DNA of 61,133 nucleotides, filler included. It is 13 parts of 13 records of this genome, joined end to end, with 100 filler letters (N's around TTAATTAATTAA, not from the genome) between each part and the next. Parts side by side here need not be neighbours in the genome. Positions count along the whole stretch, not along the records: positions 10,476 to 14,744 come from SRR15195285_10380; positions 14,845 to 24,155 come from SRR15195285_10381; 11 more parts are not named here. One strand, written 5' to 3'. Shown here in pieces: positions 10,783 through 23,000 of this stretch; position 1 is the stretch's first letter, and each line of letters opens with the position of its first letter. The notes beneath the pieces were generated by a model. The model saw only the letters and a program-made list of their open reading frames with translations, was not told the origin of the DNA and ran no database searches. The translations under genes and the position numbers were made by a program.

Positions 10783-11263
10783 GGTCTCGGTAGGTATTCA
10801 TAGCAAGCTCTAGAGTTCATGCATCTATGAGGATATTTATCTTCTGATCTTGTTGTGCAGGACGATCCGAATGTTTCTCACATATCTACAGAAATCACCA
10901 TGGATACGAGATGGCGGCTAGGCGCGTACATGTATCCATCCGTAGAATTCATACCCGGACCCGCTCGTAGGGCTGCTCGCCCGACGTATAATTTGGCGAG
11001 CTCGCCCTCGAGCTTGCGCACAGGAAGTCCCATCTACCGTACTGTTTGCGGCGTGATTGGCGGAACAATTATCGGATCTAGAGGACGATTGCCATTAAAT
11101 TTTACGCGAGTCGCAAATCCTCTTGCTAAGAGTCGTCTCTTCGACGTTGAGCGAGGCTTAAGTGTGCCGTGACGTGGCAGAAGGAGAAGGCCGGTGGCCG
11201 TGGCGGCTAGCCCTTCGCTAGCAATACATGCTAATGCTAGTGTAGGCAGGTTGTGGCGCCTCT

Positions 11264-14200
11264 TTACGGTCGCGGACCTAATCCTCCGCCAGCTGTGTCC
11301 GTCGGTTCTGGCTCAGCCTCTGCATGCTCTTCGGTGACGGCTGTCAGCTGAGCTGTGGTTGCAGAAGCGGTGGGTAGAAGATCGTCGCCACCGAAACTTA
11401 CACGTGCGGCTGCATGTTGGCGATCCACATCACCTGTGAACGCACCATGGCCGCTCTCACTGCCACGGTGGCCGATCTTAAACCGAGTCGATGCCAACGC
11501 AATATCGACCACGTCAACTGCTGCTCCTGCTCGTGCGCGCCGCGGAGATTGGGATGACTGTATACCAAAGAACCACGATGAGTCAGAATGTCTTCGTGGC
11601 CGTTTCTGCACGTCATGCTCCTTATAATCGTCGATCTTGTTGTTCTGTTGCGCAGAGTTACTAGCAACATCTACAGCAAGGACTGATGTGCTGGCGCCCC
11701 GAATAAGTTTCTCAGAGTGCGCTGCGACAATCGCCTACAATAACACAGTGACAATCGCACAGCATGCATGGCGTGTCCACTTAGTGTGGCGACTGCGCAG
11801 AGTCATGGCCACGATAAAGGCCTCGATGGTGGGCCGCAAGCGCAACTGCAACGTCGTTCACATAGAAGCATTATAGACTCACTGTCTCGCGCGCCTTCAG
11901 CTTACCAGCTGCATCAATCTGTCGTAAAAATCTGCATCAAATCAGCGCATATTACTGCCGTGTTTCACTGGAACGCGAGGCGACATAGTCGAACGATTCT
12001 GTCGGCTATTGCAGTGCTTGATGCAGTGCTTACTCGCGGTAATCAATCACAGCATCATTGGTCGGATCAAAAATGCCTATTAGTTGATCCACCTGCATGC
12101 ATACGATAAAAACAGCGCATTCGAGTGCTGCATGAAGTAACTTAGTCACATCGATCCCAAGCAATCGCACCAAATGAACTCTAATGCTCTAGGCAGGGAC
12201 AGATTCATTTTGACGTTCTTGCCTGATCATCACTGAGGTTAAGCACGCGCACACCATCACGAAACTCATTGGTTGACACCACGCCATCGCCATCCTGATC
12301 TAAGCGTGCAAACGAATCCGCCTACAAGCCAATCGATAGCAGATTGCATCTGGCGTCAGACGTGTCACGTGCACATAAAAGCTGCAAAGATGGTTGCTGG
12401 TGAGGACGCGAACCGTTGGCCTCACCAGGTTGTCTCCAGATTTCTCAAGGGCTTGGAAGAGCATCCGTTTGAGTTCAGTTGCCTTTTGATGACTTAGTGT
12501 CCGGCTCCACGACTTTTGGCGCAGTCTACGGATACTGCCTTTGCTGCTTGGACCAACAGTACCTTGGCCTTCGAGGAGCTCAGAAAAGGAGATGTCAGAC
12601 TCGTCTGTAAAAACGACATCCATCTGCATTTCACGGTTGTAGTACCTGCGCCCATTCACGCGTGAAGCACCAGATTGAAAAAGGAAAATACGATGCCAAC
12701 TACAATGCTGTGGTGCGTTGTGATTGTTGATTCGCACATCAATTCTAGGTCCGCGACAAGATCACTTGCGTACTCAAGAAGATCAATGTCGTTAGGATCG
12801 TTACCAAACGGCGACTCCAGAATCTCAGCAACCTAGCACAGAACACAACACGCATCACAACCAAGCTGGTCAGCGGTGTGCGACACACTGCAAGACAGTG
12901 CACAGTGTAGTCACAACGCAGTGATGATAACTATTGATCGTGTGTGGACGCACCTCGTCCAGTCCAAAGAAGCCGATCGCAGTGATGAAACATACTCCTT
13001 CCAGCGCGATACCAGAGCTGAGCTCGAGTACAAACGGGAGGAACAAGAGCCATGTATACAACAACACCTTCATCACCTGATGTCATTGCATCCCATGCAA
13101 ACGTGTGGTTGACAAGTGGAGGTTGTTACTGCAAGACCATGTCTTGTGGCTCATGCATGACTCACTTGCGCATACGGAAAAGGGAAAGCAGTCTTGTCGA
13201 CGAGGTCCATCGCTGCAAAATGTTCCTCTAGCTGAGCAATCATATTCCAGAATACCTGTGCACCGCAGCACGCAAGCTCATTTCGCTGCAGTGGACGTCC
13301 ACATTAGGGCGTACGACGTGTAGGTTGACGTCTTGCAAATTATACTTACTGTCTCCTTTGGAGGAGGTGTCCCGTCGTCCTTGCAGAGCCGACTGATCAC
13401 CAACTGCAACCAGAAGATCACCTACCACAGCAGAATTGTCACAGAGAAACCCCAGGAAGAAAGGCCAGCCCACTTGGTGATTGCAACTGGCGGTGATCGG
13501 ACGATGGAAACTTACTGTGATTGGATTTGCATGCGTTTGCTTAGATTCTGATCCTTTCGTGTCAGTGAGCTCCCCGTGGTAAAGGACCTTGAACCTGTCC
13601 AGTGCACATCGCATCAGTAGGTCCTTGGCAAAGTCCGAAAAGACATGAAACTTAATCCTACGAGACAGCAAAACGTGATTCTCCTTACTCTCTTTCGCCA
13701 GTGAGACGCCGTATGTTCTCCCTCAGCAGGTCCTTCGCATCGTCGTTGCGCGTCATGTTCTGTCCAGTGCGTTGAAAGTACCTGCGAGGCCACATTTCTG
13801 GTGAAATACAGTGCGGACATTCGAGTCGGGAGTGGACTGTGGCACTGCATCTTACTCAATGATCACAAAGAAGTGCAACACGACCATTCTCAATACCTTT
13901 CGACAGCGGACCTTTGTCTCTGGGTTGGCGTCCCAATCAAATGCTGTCACCGTCAGCCGTGCTATATGACGAGACACCTGAGCAGCGACGACAGGCAGAT
14001 GCACATATGCCCTAGTCCGCCTGAATATTTTGTACAGACGGAACAGCATCGATGACAAGACGAGTACTGGGTGTTCCATATAGGTGGGCGCACCGTTAGT
14101 AGGTTCTCAATCCGGTTGGCCGCCTGATGGCATCATCCAATTAGCAGATATACAAGCAGTCTGCACACTAGTCGCTCAAGAACCGTGGCTTGCGAGTTTC

Positions 14201-14521
14201 GTGCCGTACCTCCCAGAACTGACCGTAGGCGCTCTGCGTTTTAAACACCATCAGAAATGCGAGCAGGACACCGACGATCTGCATGGCCTGTGCGAGGTCC
14301 GGTTCTTCCTGGCCATCGTCGCTGGCACTGCCACCTCCCCAGGAATCGACCACCCGGAGAGGATTCCACCAACGGGAGAGGACGGCAACTCCGACAACCA
14401 ACAGCACTTGGGGCAGCACGTGTGGGACAACAGAGCCGTAACACTGCCCAAAAACACAGGGAACCACAGTGCAGCATGTTGTGAAGCTACCCTCCCCACC
14501 AGACCGGTACTCTACCACCAT
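11264..14521 (-). CDS. Bestrophin-family (bacterial/VCCN-like) anion channel with C-terminal EF-hands, 14 exons
   Basis: Manually spliced across 13 introns: LLAFLMVFKTQSAYGQFWE, KTAFPFPYAQ, GFFGLDEVAEILESPFGNDPNDIDL (bestrophin signatures), then DQDGDGVVSTNE and DPTNDAVIDYRE EF-hand loops. Confidence 0.9.
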
Positions 14522-14844
14522 GGCTAGCCTGGGCTTCCGCTCCGTGCGGTCAGAACTCCGCGTCCCGCGCGCCCGCCGCCGCGCCGGCGGCGACGTCACG
14601 CGCGCGCCGCCCACACCCGCTCAGTCTATTATTAATAGATAGGGATTTCACAGTTACGAGCAGTGCGCAATAATCACATTGTGACATCATGAATTCAGAC
14701 TGCATTCCGTGGAACATTCATTCGGAAATCCTGTACGGTGGGCTNNNNNNNNNNNNNNNNNNNNNNNNNNNNNNNNNNNNNNNNNNNNTTAATTAATTAA
14801 NNNNNNNNNNNNNNNNNNNNNNNNNNNNNNNNNNNNNNNNNNNN

Positions 14845-15014
14845 GCGTCGGGCAGGTGGCTGATCCCGAATTCGCACCGGATGCCCTGGTCGGATCCTCC
14901 AGCGCTCACGATCTGCGCCGAGTACCACTTGTCGAACTCGCCGACAGCGAACAGCTCGTAGTAGCTGGCGAAATCGTCGTGCACCGTGTCTACCTCGACG
15001 CCGGATGACGCCAT
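14845..15014 (-). CDS. Gene fragment, hypothetical, truncated by spacer
   Basis: GC-rich open frame MASSGVEVDTVHDDFASYYELFAVGEFDKWYSAQ running into the gap. Confidence 0.45.
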
Positions 15015-15027
15015 AGCTCTCACATAG

Positions 15028-15068
15028 TCACTATTAATCCATTTGATTTCAAAAGGGATTAATAGTGA
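15028..15068. repeat. AT-rich hairpin
   Basis: TCACTATTAATCC / GGATTAATAGTGA 13-bp perfect arms plus inner TTTGA/TCAAA pairing. Confidence 0.85.
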
Positions 15069-15983
15069 ACATGGTTGCTTACCTTAACTTGCATAATTAT
15101 TTGTCCGGCTCACACGTGCGATGTGAATACACATCTAGTTAGCTTCAGTGGAATAGGAGTTAGCCATCCATGCAATCTCACGGTGAGGTGCGATTGTAAG
15201 TGTAGAATTCCGAGTCGGTAATGTGACCGGCCGGTGACAAATGAACTAAGCAAATAGTGTACAGAAGAAGTAGAAGGTGGTCGCCTCCTAGTTGGAGGCC
15301 GCCGCCCTAGGCGTAGCGTGGCTAAGCCACGCTCGCCCGGCAAAATATACTATAGTGGGTCCCACCTGCAGCGACTATATCGAGTCAGCGGGACTCACCG
15401 TTGCTGCAGAGGGGGATTCTGACTGCTGAGAGAGCTCTCCTCGCTGCCGCTGAGAACTCCGTACACAATACAATCAAGAATTTTTGACAGTGACTGTACT
15501 ACTGAAATTCCACTTGCGTCAAATGATCACTAAAATGTCTCGCTGATTTTCTTCCAAACTTTGTCAGATAGTATTGAATTTACACCAATTTTGAGTCTCC
15601 TTCACTCTGAACTCAGCACTGCACCCTGGAATTCAGCCCGAGAACGCCGAAAACTCGTGCCAGGCCCCGGGTCGACCGGGGGTGTCCGCGCGGCGAGTTC
15701 ATCGCGCCGCAGCCGCGGCGCGTGCGCGCGCGTGCGGAAGTTTCGTCACCTGCTCCGATCCCTCGTCCCTCGACCTGCTTCGTGTTGTCACTTCAAGCTT
15801 GGCGATACCGTCTGTGTGGGCGGCTTCGTCGGTGAGGGAGGAAGCGAGAGAGAGAGAGGCTGCGTTTCTACTCGACAGACAAAACGGTCTGGCGCTGGTC
15901 TAGCACACCGACAAGCGACAGGCTGTGTGCCATACATGTGTGCGGATTGCGTGATAGGCCACGCGGAAGAAGGCAGGCGATCT

Positions 15984-17198
15984 ATGGCGATGCAAGGTCA
16001 GTGTTCGTGGGCGGCACGGATACCAGGCCTGCTGCTCGCCGTCGTGTGCTCTGCCACTGTGTGCGCCGCCCAGGAGCAGTACGAGTGGCAATGCACGGAG
16101 GCGCAGCAAGCCACGCCGTGCACGAGCGACGTGACGTGCCCGATGGAGGACATCAGCAAGGCAACTTGCCAGCGTCTCTGCGAGGAAGCCGCGGGGTGCG
16201 ATTCCATCGTGCACCAAAGTTCAGGCGGGCTGTGTTACTTGAAAGGTCAGGTTAGTGGGGATGGGATTGTCGCTGAGAGCTGCGTCAGGAAGCCGCAGAC
16301 AGCCAGCGTTGAGGACGACGAGTGGGCTGCACAAGATCGGTGGAGCACCGGCTGTGTGCTCTGGGGGGCAGGGTGCACTCCTGCATCGCCTTTGCCGTGG
16401 CTGATGGCCCTCTTCTTCGCAATGTGAGTGATCGTGCCTGTCTACAGTGGCTCAGAAAGTTTCGCTCACCGCTGTTCGCGTGAACGCGGTTCATCTTGCA
16501 GGTGGAACACGGCAGTGTCACAGATGTTGGTTGTTCCCATCGTCCGATTCTGCTATTTCGGGTGCGGCGATCGCACGGCACGGAAAATGTGCTATGCTCT
16601 TGTATGTCCCCACTGGGCACTGGGGCTCGCTATGCCGGTCCTTCTCGGCGGGGTGGTCGCCTGGGCGTTGGCAGTGATCATACCTTACTGCCGAATGATC
16701 AGAGTGAGCGCGCAGCTCTGCAAAATGGAACGCGACCAGCCGCAGGAGCAGCGCGAAGGTGTCCAACTTCAAGACGACGCCATGGCCGCGCTGGAGCAAA
16801 TCTCCAATTCTATTAATTCTCGGCGTGGTCGCATGAGCCGGGCCGATATTTGGCGCGAAGTCGATCGCCTACATGCGCGCCTATCTACACTGCGAGGGGA
16901 AAACCAGGAAGGAGAGACCACGGTTGTGGTGCAGGCTGAGGCGATACCAGAGAGTCTACAGGGCGCTTCACTGGGTGGCGACGTGCAGATGGCACGCCCG
17001 CTAGATGCAGTCAGACATGCAGGGGCGCCATATCAGCTGAGCTTCGACCCTAGTGGCCATTTTGCGGTAGCTGACACCCTCGGCGACGGAACGATGGTGA
17101 CTGAGGGTCAGACCATCGGCACGACAAATAGCATGGAGCCATCTGGCCAACCTGTCAGCGGATATGCCCCTGGTCGGAATGCGCAGATGGGCCCTTGA
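15984..17198 (+). CDS. PAN/apple-domain membrane protein, 2 exons
   Basis: Signal peptide (LLLAVVCSATVCAA); PAN motif CQRLCEEAAGCDSIVH..GLCYLK; intron 16424-16501 joins FFAM|WNT; hydrophobic helices then a cytosolic-type tail. Confidence 0.75.
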
Positions 17199-17262
17199 GC
17201 AGGCTGTCGTGTCGCAACTGAGACTGTTGCCAATAATAATCTGAAATGTAACGGCAGACACG

Positions 17263-19548
17263 TCATCGGTGCCCCCCACCGCCGCCGCCCCCAGACTGGT
17301 CCTGGCACAAAGCGAGAAACTTCGCTGCAGCAGACCCCGCCCCTTGTGCTTCGATCCGCGGGTGGCACTCAACATAAAAGTCTTCAAAAAGTTGTGGACA
17401 GCCACCTCCGCAGCGGCTAGGGAGAGGGATGGCCCCACCGATTTCAAACGCGGAGGGAGACAGCGGGGTCCCTCCACACAGTGCGAACGAGCTGCCGCAG
17501 CAGGCCGGGCTCAGCTGATTGATCCATGCCGTGTAATCACCATCGCTGCATCGCCCATGTCTTGGCGTCGGCGTCGGAGTTGGACTGGGTGGGTGATACC
17601 TTCCATATGTCGTGATCTCACACTGTGCACTGATGCCTGCGACTACCGAGGCCATTGTCGGCTCTTGCTTGGCCCACTCGCTGCAGTGATGCTCAAACGG
17701 CGCCCACTGCACTGCGCACTCTTCAGAGCACACACGTGGTGGACGGCGGGAGCAACCTGCTCCGTCATCGCAGCAGACGTTGTTGATCGTGTCAGCCATC
17801 GCGGAAAGGTACTCGAGACAGTGCCCCGGACCCAACGGTGGCGCTGGCGAAACAGAAGCCGTTGGTCGCTCGTACAGCCTCCAGCCCGGCGACACGACTG
17901 TGTCAGCATGAAAAGACGAGCTGTCGACGTCGGAAAGACCACAATTTAGCTGAATGGGGTTGTAGTCGAAAGAGCGGCACCACTGGCGGTCGCAGCAAGC
18001 CTGTGTGCACTGTTCAATGGTGAAAGGGAATTTCTCCTCGGTATTGTGCCCACGGATCGCGAGGTCCTGTGTGTAGGGGAAGTCCTCACAAGAACCTGGT
18101 TTCCCCTGATCAATCATCTCCCAGTGTAGAAAGAATCCAGGATCGGTGACCGTGCCTCGCAGGCCGCAGTTCCCTGCATTCGTAACGAACCGGATAAATA
18201 TGTCCTCACCAGTAGAGGTCCACGAACCAAAGCGACCGAGGCCATGTGTGTCCAGCCTATCGTCTAAGTTAGTACCGGACACGGTCGCGATGGGCGGGCC
18301 GATACTACTGGGTCCGTCGTAAATTTCAACATAATCACAGCCTCTATAATCGCATGGCTCGCAACCGGGTATCTCCGCTGGCCCTTCAAGGTTGAGCTGC
18401 GTGAAGTGCAAGTTCTGCAGAACCGACCAACGGCACGTGTCAGACTGGCAACGACCAGCAATATTCGGAGCAGCAGGTCACACAAAACTCACAATCTTCT
18501 GCCCTGGTTGGTCAGCGTGAATGCGCACGCCACAGTCCAGGTTATCAGAATACCCAGCCGCTCCAAGTGCGGTCCAGTCGCCACACTGGCCGCTGGAGCA
18601 GTCGACGTCGCCGTCCGGGGCATCGTCATGCAATACCCCGATATTGCTGGAGAGCACAGCCCCTGGTGGGTTGCAAATGTCCAGCCCCTGTCCTTGAAAG
18701 CTCCAGTCTGCACTAAATCCCCATCCAGGCTCGCAGCCGACTCCTCCCGGGGCCGCAATCAGACGAACGTGTAAGTCCTGGCCTGACGACACGACAGCCT
18801 GAGGCGTGGTGGTCCCCGTGCTGGCAGATAAGGTGGCGATCTGAGGAGCTCTGTCGTCCCAACCGTCGTAAACCACCACAGCTGCACAGGCACCAACCTC
18901 TACGCGGCTGAAGGAGACGACGATGGTCGAAAGTGTCGGGGCATGCAAGGTCAGGCCACAGTCGAGGGTTGGACCACTTTGCGTCGCTAAATCCTCTTCC
19001 CCTCCAATAATTGACCCATGACGACTGGTAACAACCATCCGCGAGGCGCAGATGGCCTGCATGCTGTCGATAAATGACCAGTCTGCAAAAAATGTCTGCG
19101 CCCCAGGTACATTGCCGTAGCGCACGAAACGCACAAAGAGGTCGGGGCCAGTCGAGCGCACAACTGGCGGGATTTGATTGCCAGTGAATGTCGCGAGAAG
19201 TGGCGATCCCGCGGATTGGCCGTCGTAGAGTAGAACCGCGGTTGGATCGGCGTCGGCCTGCCGCTGCCCAAGATTCATGCTGCTGAACGTAATCTCCACC
19301 GAGCTTCCCTGTGGCGCCGAAATGAGCCGCCCACACTCTTTCGCCCTCTGAGGGGGGGCGTCCGGGTAGTTGTGCAGCGTCCCCGTCACGGTATCCAACG
19401 CGTCCCCGTCCTCGCACACGTCCGCCATCGTCGTCGAGGAGTGGGTCGCACCTGGGTCTGGGTCCTGCTGACGTCGGTGACCATGATCTGCTGCCACGAT
19501 GCTCACTGACAGTGCCAAGAGCGCACTCGTGAACGCGCCCGGCATCAT
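17263..19548 (-). CDS. Secreted CUB-domain protein (3 CUB, PAN, two Cys-rich C-terminal repeats), 2 exons
   Basis: Signal peptide MMPGAFTSALLALSVSIVAA; three CUB-type units (LYDGQS..STGPDLFVRF; VYDGWD..SSGQDLHVRL; DYVEIYDG..STGEDIFIRF); CTQACCDRQWCRSFDY PAN motif; intron 18415-18492. Confidence 0.88.
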
Positions 19549-20074
19549 CGTCCTCACTCCTGGACTCGCCACTATATTGATCGGGTACTAGGCTGCGCGT
19601 TTGCCTTCAGCGGCGACCACTGAGCGGCCAGCTGCCACGGCCAGCGCGAGGGCTCGGACTCCGACCCAGGCTGAAAACCCGTAGAATAAATGAAGGAGTT
19701 AGATTGGAATCATATATATAGTGGTATAAAAAAGACAAACATACACAAGAAATAACTACGACTTGCTTGCTGCAGGAAATGAAATGCAGGCTACTACTAT
19801 ACCGAGGTAGTGCCCAGGTAGTAGGAAGTTCCTACCTGCGTCTCAGCAAGGCGCGCGTTTTCGACGTGCATTTCCTACCAGATGGATACATAATTGTTCA
19901 TTTGTAACTCAGGATTGCCGATACTCAGTACTCGTACTAATCAACATACTATGTCAGGACATCGAGTGTTGACAAATGCGAGTACATTTCTTCACGAATT
20001 GCTACTTTGCAAGGGTCGTACGGTACGATCGACGAAGATCACTAGTCCACATCGTCAGTGCGCTGAAGCCAGCA

Positions 20075-23000
20075 TCAGTCGTGCATGCCTGACGACCAAG
20101 CCATCGAGCGGTACAGGTGGTCACGCAGCTCATCGCTGTTGCCATAAACGCGAGGCATGTGTAGGCGGTAGCTGCATGTCGAGCCTTTCATCAGCGGAGC
20201 AGCACCGGAGCTCGCGTCCACGGTGATGCGTCCGCTGAGCTTGTTCGTACGCCCACCCATGCTTACACGACGAAGTGGGGAAGAGCCGCCTGCTGTCGCG
20301 CCGCTCCCTGCGAGCACTGGAAGGTTCCGCAGGTCACCGCCTGGGAGCCGGCGCCGCGCTGTTACGAAGTTTAAGAACATGGAACGCGCCTGAGGCCCCA
20401 TCTCCAGTAACACGGCGATGAGCCACTCCATGTGGTCCTCACCCACCTCGTACGTCGGTGGTGCGGGAGCCGGGACGATACACGCGCGCAGTGTCGCCTC
20501 GTCCCAGCTGATCGCACTCCCGCAGATCATGTCCGTCACCTCATCTGCGGTAAAGCTACTGAAAGTGGCATCTATCCCGGCCTGGACGATGTCGCCGAAG
20601 CCCGCCCGGAATGCTGCAACCTGCCTAGCCACTCCTTCGTTGCACCAAGCATTGTGCACAGCGTGGAGGTACTCACGAGCATTTTCACGCGTTAGTAATT
20701 TCTGCTCGCCGCCATCGAACAGGGCGGCCGCTGCACGGGTGGCCTCGTCGGCGGCGTCCGCGACTGGATGGGCTGGATCGGTAAAGTACACATCTGTTAA
20801 GAACGAGGGCCAGTCGGCTTCGCCAGTTCCTCCTGTGTCAAGGGCTTGGAGCACCCAAGCAACCAAGGCAGCTCCACGCACCTCTCCCTCGGCAGATAAC
20901 TCGCGCAGGACTACGAGCCAATCGGAGTCGACGTCAGGGTCGTCCTCTGCTGCTATCGTTGGAATCCGATTCAGCGCCAGATTGATGAAGCAGCTGTGCA
21001 ACTGGATCGGGAGCAGCTGACGTTCTAGTAGAGCCGTGCCCATGCAGCGACCGAGTAGTCGGAATCTGCTGCACACCTTCGCGACCTCCTCGTCGCTGTC
21101 ACGACGGAGCAGTGCTCGCGGGTACAGCGAACATTGCAGTGGTGTATACTCGCTGCTCACCGCATCGGTTGGCATAGAGTCGTTGTCGCCTCCATCTAGC
21201 GAGGGCTCTACCTCGGCACCTCCACCGTCCCTCAGCATTCGCCATGCGGCAATGTAACGTTGCTGCTCTGCTGCTGGAATACGAGTGTCTTGTCGGATAG
21301 CAGACACTGCCGCAATCAAACTTTCTTCGATCGAGGGCAACCAGTCTACGCGAACGGCTTCTTGCGCCAGTGCGGATGTTCCTTCTGCCCCTCCGGAACC
21401 CGCTTCTCCCATCCATGTGCAGACGTTCGCTTGCTCCTCAACAGATTCTAGCGCCCTTGCCACCTCCGTGTAGAACTGCACATGCACACCTTGTCCAGCA
21501 CCAGTGAAAGCTTCACCCTGCTCGACTCCACCGACCCGGAACTCGATATTTACCTCTAGTCGTGTCCGCGCAGCGCGTCGTGTTTGATGGAATATTGCAG
21601 CAGCTCTTTGGGCAAGCACCGCGTCAACGTCAACCAAAAACTCAGATAGCGGGTCGCGCCGAACGATCCATTTGTCCGGCTTGAGCTCAGGCATCTGGCC
21701 AAGTCGTCCACTGCTAAATCGGCGATTTGCGCCTTCTGATCCATTTGTGAGCGAGTGCATATGAACCAAGGCACGCGTGGGTCCGAACGCTGTCGCATGT
21801 AAAAACCGTTCTCGGAGAGACCTAGCGAACAGAAAGCTTCCCTGTTGTATCCACTGGCTACACCAGCTCGGGAGGGATCCTGCAGCGACAGCGACCGGAT
21901 CAGACAGCTGTTCCTCTAGCTTTCTAGACATGGCAGGATTCTCGAATGCATATTGATCCACCCCGAGTGCGCGCTGCCAGTCGGTGCGTCTCTTGTGTAA
22001 CTTGCCGAGCAGTTGCAACGCCGCTGCGAATGTTGCGCTAGCAGCAAGTCGCACGCGTTGTGCAACCGGTGCAGTTTTCAAGTCAGAACTGAGCTCTGGC
22101 TCGATGCCCGTTTCGGGTTCGGGTTGGGATTCTGACTGTAGCTCTGTGTGAACACTCTTCGGCGGGATCACACGAATCCGGTACTGAACGTTGCAGACCG
22201 CCCCAAAAGGTACAGCAGTCTGAGAAGTGGAATCACCAAGCCTAGCAGCACGAATCATCTGTTTGTTCCCATCATCATCTGTTCCAATCGTACCAGTCAA
22301 TGCTGCACCTTGTGATAGACGGCTCAACATGCCCGATCGGCCAGATTGGGTGAAGGTGAAATTACCATTGTCTAACAGGCGACCCTCAATAAACGCCGTA
22401 AGTTTGCCACCATCAAGTTTTCCACCAACGTACTCATTTGCACTACCAGCCCCAGCGATGAACCACAGCAACTCTTCAGGGTCGCTGCCAGAGTCAGACA
22501 TCTCTACACGCCAAATCCCTGCGAGGTCCCCCGTGTGGTCGACCTCAGTTCCACGCATCAAAACGCTTAGCAAGGTCTCGCCCGGCTCGATGACGGTTGA
22601 TGCGGGGATCATGCCGACTTGCTCACGTTGTTGAGGATCTTCATCCTCTAGCAGCCTCACAAAATCAGCAGGAATCAGCCCACGTTTTCCATCCAGACGA
22701 CCAGTCCACCAGCCACCTCCCGGTTCTTTGGATGTCACTTCAATCACGTCACCTTCTTTGAACTCCAGTGGTCGATAGTAACCATCCATATCTGGTTGAG
22801 CGAGGAAATCATTTGTGGCACGCGCACGGCGAGGTTTTTGACTGTCCTTCTCAACACCGAAGCCGCCGAACGTCAGCTCCACCTTCAGCTCTGGTCGAGC
22901 AAGAGGTTCGGAGGCGCTTCGTTCGATTTGCTGGCGAGCGGATAGAGTTTTCACCATCGCCGTCTCTTGAGTCTCAACCAACCGCCCACCACGAGAGTAC

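Noticed and set aside
18411-18492. Stop-codon readthrough or frameshift between the two CUB ORFs
   Set aside because: A canonical 78-nt GTGAG..CTGAC..CAG intron (18415-18492) joins them in frame.
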